NCBI GenBank assembly: GCA_040954595.2
Contig: CM082580.2
Coordinates: 6,021,519 to 6,085,518, forward strand
Reading direction: 5' to 3'
Length of the DNA: 64,000 nt
Origin: Balanoglossus misakiensis
Lineage: Eukaryota; Animalia; Hemichordata
In this document: positions 59,701 through 64,000 of the stretch, piece after piece
Numbering within the stretch: position 1 is the stretch's first letter
How the letters are laid out: every line of letters begins with the position of its first letter
Notes under the pieces: model-generated
Seen by the model: only the letters and a program-made list of their open reading frames with translations
Told to the model about the DNA's origin: nothing
Databases searched by the model: none
Program-made: the position numbers and the translations under genes

Positions 59701-62700
59701 CCCTGAGCCGGGCTCAGTGCCACCGGGCGAGGAGACGGTCGCACTCACGACGACTGCGGCGGTCTGCTCTTGATACGGCGGGGGCGGCGGCGGTGGGGCC
59801 ACTGCTGCGGGAGAGTTCTGCAGCGGCACCGCGGCCGGCCCCTTGTTGGTGGAGTCCATGGCGGCAAAGTGGGATTCCTGTCCGATCACAATGCGGTCGC
59901 CCAGCGGGCTGCTGTCTTCGCTGCTCTGCACAGAGTTAGCACTAGGCGACTGATTGACGTTCTCTACGTGGACCTCGACGACCTGCACGGGGCTTTCCAC
60001 TCTGTTCTCCTCGGGTTCCGCTTTCGCCGGATGATCGCCCGGAGGAGGTCCTTTATTGACGCCGGGGATTTGGTTTCTCCGAGGCGGCGGTCCGGGGGGT
60101 CTGGGAGCTTGTCTCTTCCTCGCTGGCGGCTGCGGCGGCGGTGCTGCATTCTGCTGCTGCTGCTGTTTTCGCAAAAGCGATCCGTCGATCACCGGCAGCG
60201 CCACCGCCCCCGCCGGAGGGGGCGGTCGCGAGGGCACCGGGTGGGGCTGCGTCGGCGACCTGACGGGCATGGATTGCACACTCTCTGTATCCCTGGCGTG
60301 TGTCTGTGGTGGCGGTCGGGCGGGCACCGACTTGACGCTGGCCGTGTCCCTCGTGTGGAGATGTTGCGACGACGACGACGACGACGACTTGACCGGCAAG
60401 GAATGAACACTGTCCGTGTCCCCATCTCCCTGCGAACAGCAACACACAGAGACCTAAACACACAGTCAAGCGGCACAGACACATAACATGCAGATGGGAT
60501 GCAAAACAAAAACTGACAATCTTTAAACAAGATTAAATGTTTTATGCACATCAAAATGAAAGTCTGGCATTTTTATTCATAATTTGCTCAACAAAACTTT
60601 TAAACCACCGAATTTGTAATACATGTAACCATTTTTGTTGTTGAAAAAAATTACCAATGATTGAAATTTCAAATCACAGCCTGTCAAAGTTTGCGTTATC
60701 ACTTTGGAAGAAATTCAGTTGCAAATGAGCAACAGTTCTGAAAATGATGCATACTCGTGACCATATGCACTACACATTTGTCAGACTTTCATTTTCCACC
60801 CTTGAAACCGCAACTAAAAATAACCATGGACCACATTAACAACCTACACCAAACTGCCTATGCACAGAAATACAGTGACGTGATACCCGGCATGCTATAG
60901 CCCATGGGATGCAAACCAGGGATATAACCAACATGACTTTAACCCTTTCACCCCCAGTTTCCTCTATAGATGTCCAACTCTGCCATAGAAAACAATACAT
61001 TTGGACGAAACCACGGCAGTGAAAGGGTTAAATGGTAGTGAAATGGGGTGTAGTGCTGACTGCAGTTAAAAATGATGACTGTGCCGTGATGATACAACTA
61101 CAAATGTACCTACAAAATTTACATGTACGTAATTCATACTTACTACATATACTTACAACTGAACGAAAAATTAACAAGAAATTTTACAGACTATTTGTGA
61201 CATTTATGGCAAATTATTACTACAAAGCATTTTATGCCCATGAGTCAAAATAAGAAGCTGGTTATGTTTCTGAAGAAACATAATTTACATAATTATAATT
61301 TATAAGTTTGGAGTAATGTGAGTTCTAAATTGTTTGGGTTTACTACACTAGAGGTAAAAGTTATTGATGGAATTAATATCTTTTTTTGCCTATCAAAGTT
61401 TTAACCCTTTGAACTCTGACCCCAGTGACCTTTGACATCATGCAGAAAGTTTTCTGGCGAGCAGAGTTCAAAGCAGTCCCACTGTGCTTAGTACCCCAAA
61501 ATTACCCCTGAGGCCAACCGACCGCACTGTGTAGCGGGAGAGAGACATGTGTTACCTGTGATATCTCGGGACCGTTAGCGATCTGGCTGTCATCAGCCCT
61601 TACCTTGGGTTTCTTCTTCAGAGACGACCGAAATCCGAAGATCGATTTCTTCTTCTTCTCCTTTGGCTTGTCTTCCTGAATGGGAACCTGGGGGACCGGC
61701 GCTGATGTGCACAGGAAAATGAAACAACGGTGATTCAGATATTATCCCAGATATTATGCTATCCTATCTAAATTGCCTTTGCAGTAATGTTTACAGAAAG
61801 ACCCTCCTGTGGTTCAAGATTGCGTAGTGCATATCACAGTCAACTGAGAATGCAGTAGTCAATTTGTAAATCTGCTTTCCCCTTAAAGGTATACGGTCAC
61901 CCATTGAAAATTAGCTATAGTTACCATGGCAAAATGAGATCTAGCCAATCACTGATTTTCAGTGGGCGGCACACGCAAAAAAAAGAGCGCCATCATATGT
62001 TCTTTAGAACTCTCAAATACGCCATTTCAGCCATATATGGGCGTATGTAAATTGGAGGTGACTGTATACCTTTAACGTAATGTTTGTACTCACGAAATTA
62101 CACACATGCACATAAGACGATCATCGGCCTTTAATATACACAGAGGTATTTTTTTACTCACCTCGCAGATCCACTAGTATAAGTTCGTTTTCTTTCAACT
62201 TGTAATCGTTTAAACTTTTGAACAAATCCAGATCTTCCTCTGGCAAATTGACTAGTCTGAGAGTGCAGTGAAAAGGGTCGCTGCCGTGCTCTCCACAAAT
62301 CTGAGGTAGGAGCTCGCAGAGTGCTTTGTCCGGATTCACTCGCACCACGAATTTCTTGGATTTGGAGACGTGCACCGTCAGCCGCACAGTTTGCTGCATG
62401 TGGCAAAAATTAGGAAAAACCTGAGTTTTAAAGCATGAACTTTACCAACTGTGACTACAAGATACGGAGGCAAGTCATCGTCGATGACACAGTCCCCACT
62501 GTTAATGAAGTGAAGTCAGCAAGTCAAAGTCTGAGGTGCTTTACGTAGTGATTCCACAATGCACTGCAGTGGTTACTCCTGGCAGTCCGACAAAATAACG
62601 TTTAGTGCCGTGTCGTACAACGTACCATTTTGCATCAGTGATGCGATTCATAAACTATCAGCACTCACAAATTCCTTCATTTCAATTTACCAATTTTTAG

Positions 62701-63767
62701 GAATATACCTGAAACAATTTTGTGGAATGGAGAAATGGACTGTGTAGAACTAAAAGCTTTTAAAACTAGTACGAACAAAAAATAAATTATAAATTTCAAC
62801 TCCCAACAGCTTCTACTCAACTGAAATACTCGCAGCATCACTAGATGCAGCTAGACTGTCTCCATGGTAATCTGAAATCCAATGCTAAACGGCTCCATCC
62901 CAAATCTACTTGATGACGTCAATCCTTCCAAAACAAAATTGACTTTCCCCCCGTCATATTCAATCTTATGAAAATCCCCATTACATGTGTGACTGGGCAT
63001 GTGAAGTGCATGTGAGTGCCACTGTTAATCATTTTTCAGTGCAACAAGCCCCGGAGGATTATTTTATTGGATCATCTCGGAGAAAATCACATCATAGCGG
63101 AGAAAGCATTTTCATTAAAAAATAAAAATAAAGTTTTTGAGGTCAGCCATGTATAAAGTGTGACGTCAAAAATACTAAAAATGCTAAAATGAAAAGTCAT
63201 GTACTGAGGTATCTGCTACTCTCTTCCGGATATCCCCCTGTGGCTACTTTTAGCATTAATGTTCCCACATCATGGTATCAACACGGTTACACCGACAATA
63301 GTTTATTTTTTCCTCATGACTTATTTTACTGTATACGGGAACACCAGATTTATTGGCGACATTTATGGCACCATAGCAGGTCATATTTTGACATAACAAC
63401 CCGAAAATTGGCAATTAATCATACATTCCGTGGTTCCCCGGATTTTTCGACTTCTGGGCGAATTCCTCAGCCCGCAGCTTGTCGACTGCTGTGAACCAGG
63501 GGCTTCACTTGCATGTTTGAGAGAAGTCGTGGTCGAAGCTATAAAACTCGGAATGTTCACAAGAGAACATGAACACTCGGCCATTCACGAATTAGGTCAT
63601 CGGCAACAGCCATTCTATTTATATCAGGCAGTCGTGTAAATGCAAGGTGCGGTACTTACCTCAAACTTGGCTGATTTCTTGACGGGCACCTTGGATTCAG
63701 GCATTTTCTTTGGCACTATTTCTATGGTCTGAACACCGAGATCTCCCACCTGGGTATTGGGTTTGAA
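50751..63767 (-). CDS. Cordon-bleu (COBL/COBLL1)-like protein, 5'-partial (~1400 aa in window)
   Basis: Exons (minus): 63767-63660, 62393-62162, 61701-61604 (or -61556), 60429-59355, 54911 (or 54803)-54651, 53953-53789, 53392-51162, 50777-50751; phases consistent. Cobl ubiquitin-like domain FKPNTQVGDL...TVRLTV..SKKFVVRVNP..L.ELLPQIC...EEDLDLFKSLNDY, a basic EKKKKSIFGF segment, and three KRAP-type motifs (RKRQAPRPP, KKRKAPAPP, KKRAPPQP). Confidence 0.8.
60939..61031. mobile_element. MITE family A, copy 4 (both TTAA intact)
   Basis: TTAACCCTTTCACCCCCAGTTTCCTCTATAGA...GTGAAAGGGTTAA. Confidence 0.8.
61883..62075. mobile_element. TTAA-flanked MITE (Kolobok-like AG...CT ends)
   Basis: TTAA-AGGTATACGGTCACC ... 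GGTGACTGTATACCT-TTAA, a 15-bp TIR with 1 mismatch. Confidence 0.8.
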
Positions 63768-64000
63768 CTGCAACAGCAAAAGAACAAGCACTGGGATTTT
63801 AAAATACATAAGGAGTAAACTAAGCCAGGAGGAGAGAGGCATTCTTGAAAAAGACTTTGTGAAAGCTTATTTTGCCTGTCCGATGAGATGGCACAGCACT
63901 TAAGTATTTATTGTTGGTAAAATTGCGACCTTTTTCTTCAAATGCAGCAGAACAGAGGCAGAACTTGCACAGAATTTGCAAGACCTCAGGCAAAACTTTG

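Overview
AT-rich, intron-containing animal genomic DNA; gene content and repeat style suggest an invertebrate deuterostome (inference). I reconstructed exon-intron structures by hand from splice sites and phase continuity. Seven protein-coding genes, left to right: a divergent p120/delta-catenin-family armadillo gene (-, 10 exons, ~660 aa); TRDMT1/DNMT2 (-, 11 exons, ~444 aa); SLC37A4/G6PT (+, 9 exons, ~432 aa, head-to-head with TRDMT1); NOM1 (-, 15 coding exons, ~924 aa); a TRIM-NHL gene with an intronless CDS (+, 729 aa) nested antisense inside NOM1; ERCC3/XPB (+, 19 exons, ~798 aa); and the 3' part of a cordon-bleu-like gene (-, runs off the window). Several MITE families, a tRNA-derived SINE and simple repeats are also present. 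Most notable observations: (1) the intron hosting the TRIM-NHL gene has the signatures of a U12 minor-spliceosome intron; (2) the catenin has no N-terminal head, appears to have lost most cadherin-binding residues and carries a C-terminal coiled coil; (3) the Cobl-like gene appears to lack canonical WH2 domains. Family assignments and residue comparisons rely on my recollection of the vertebrate proteins; no searches were run.
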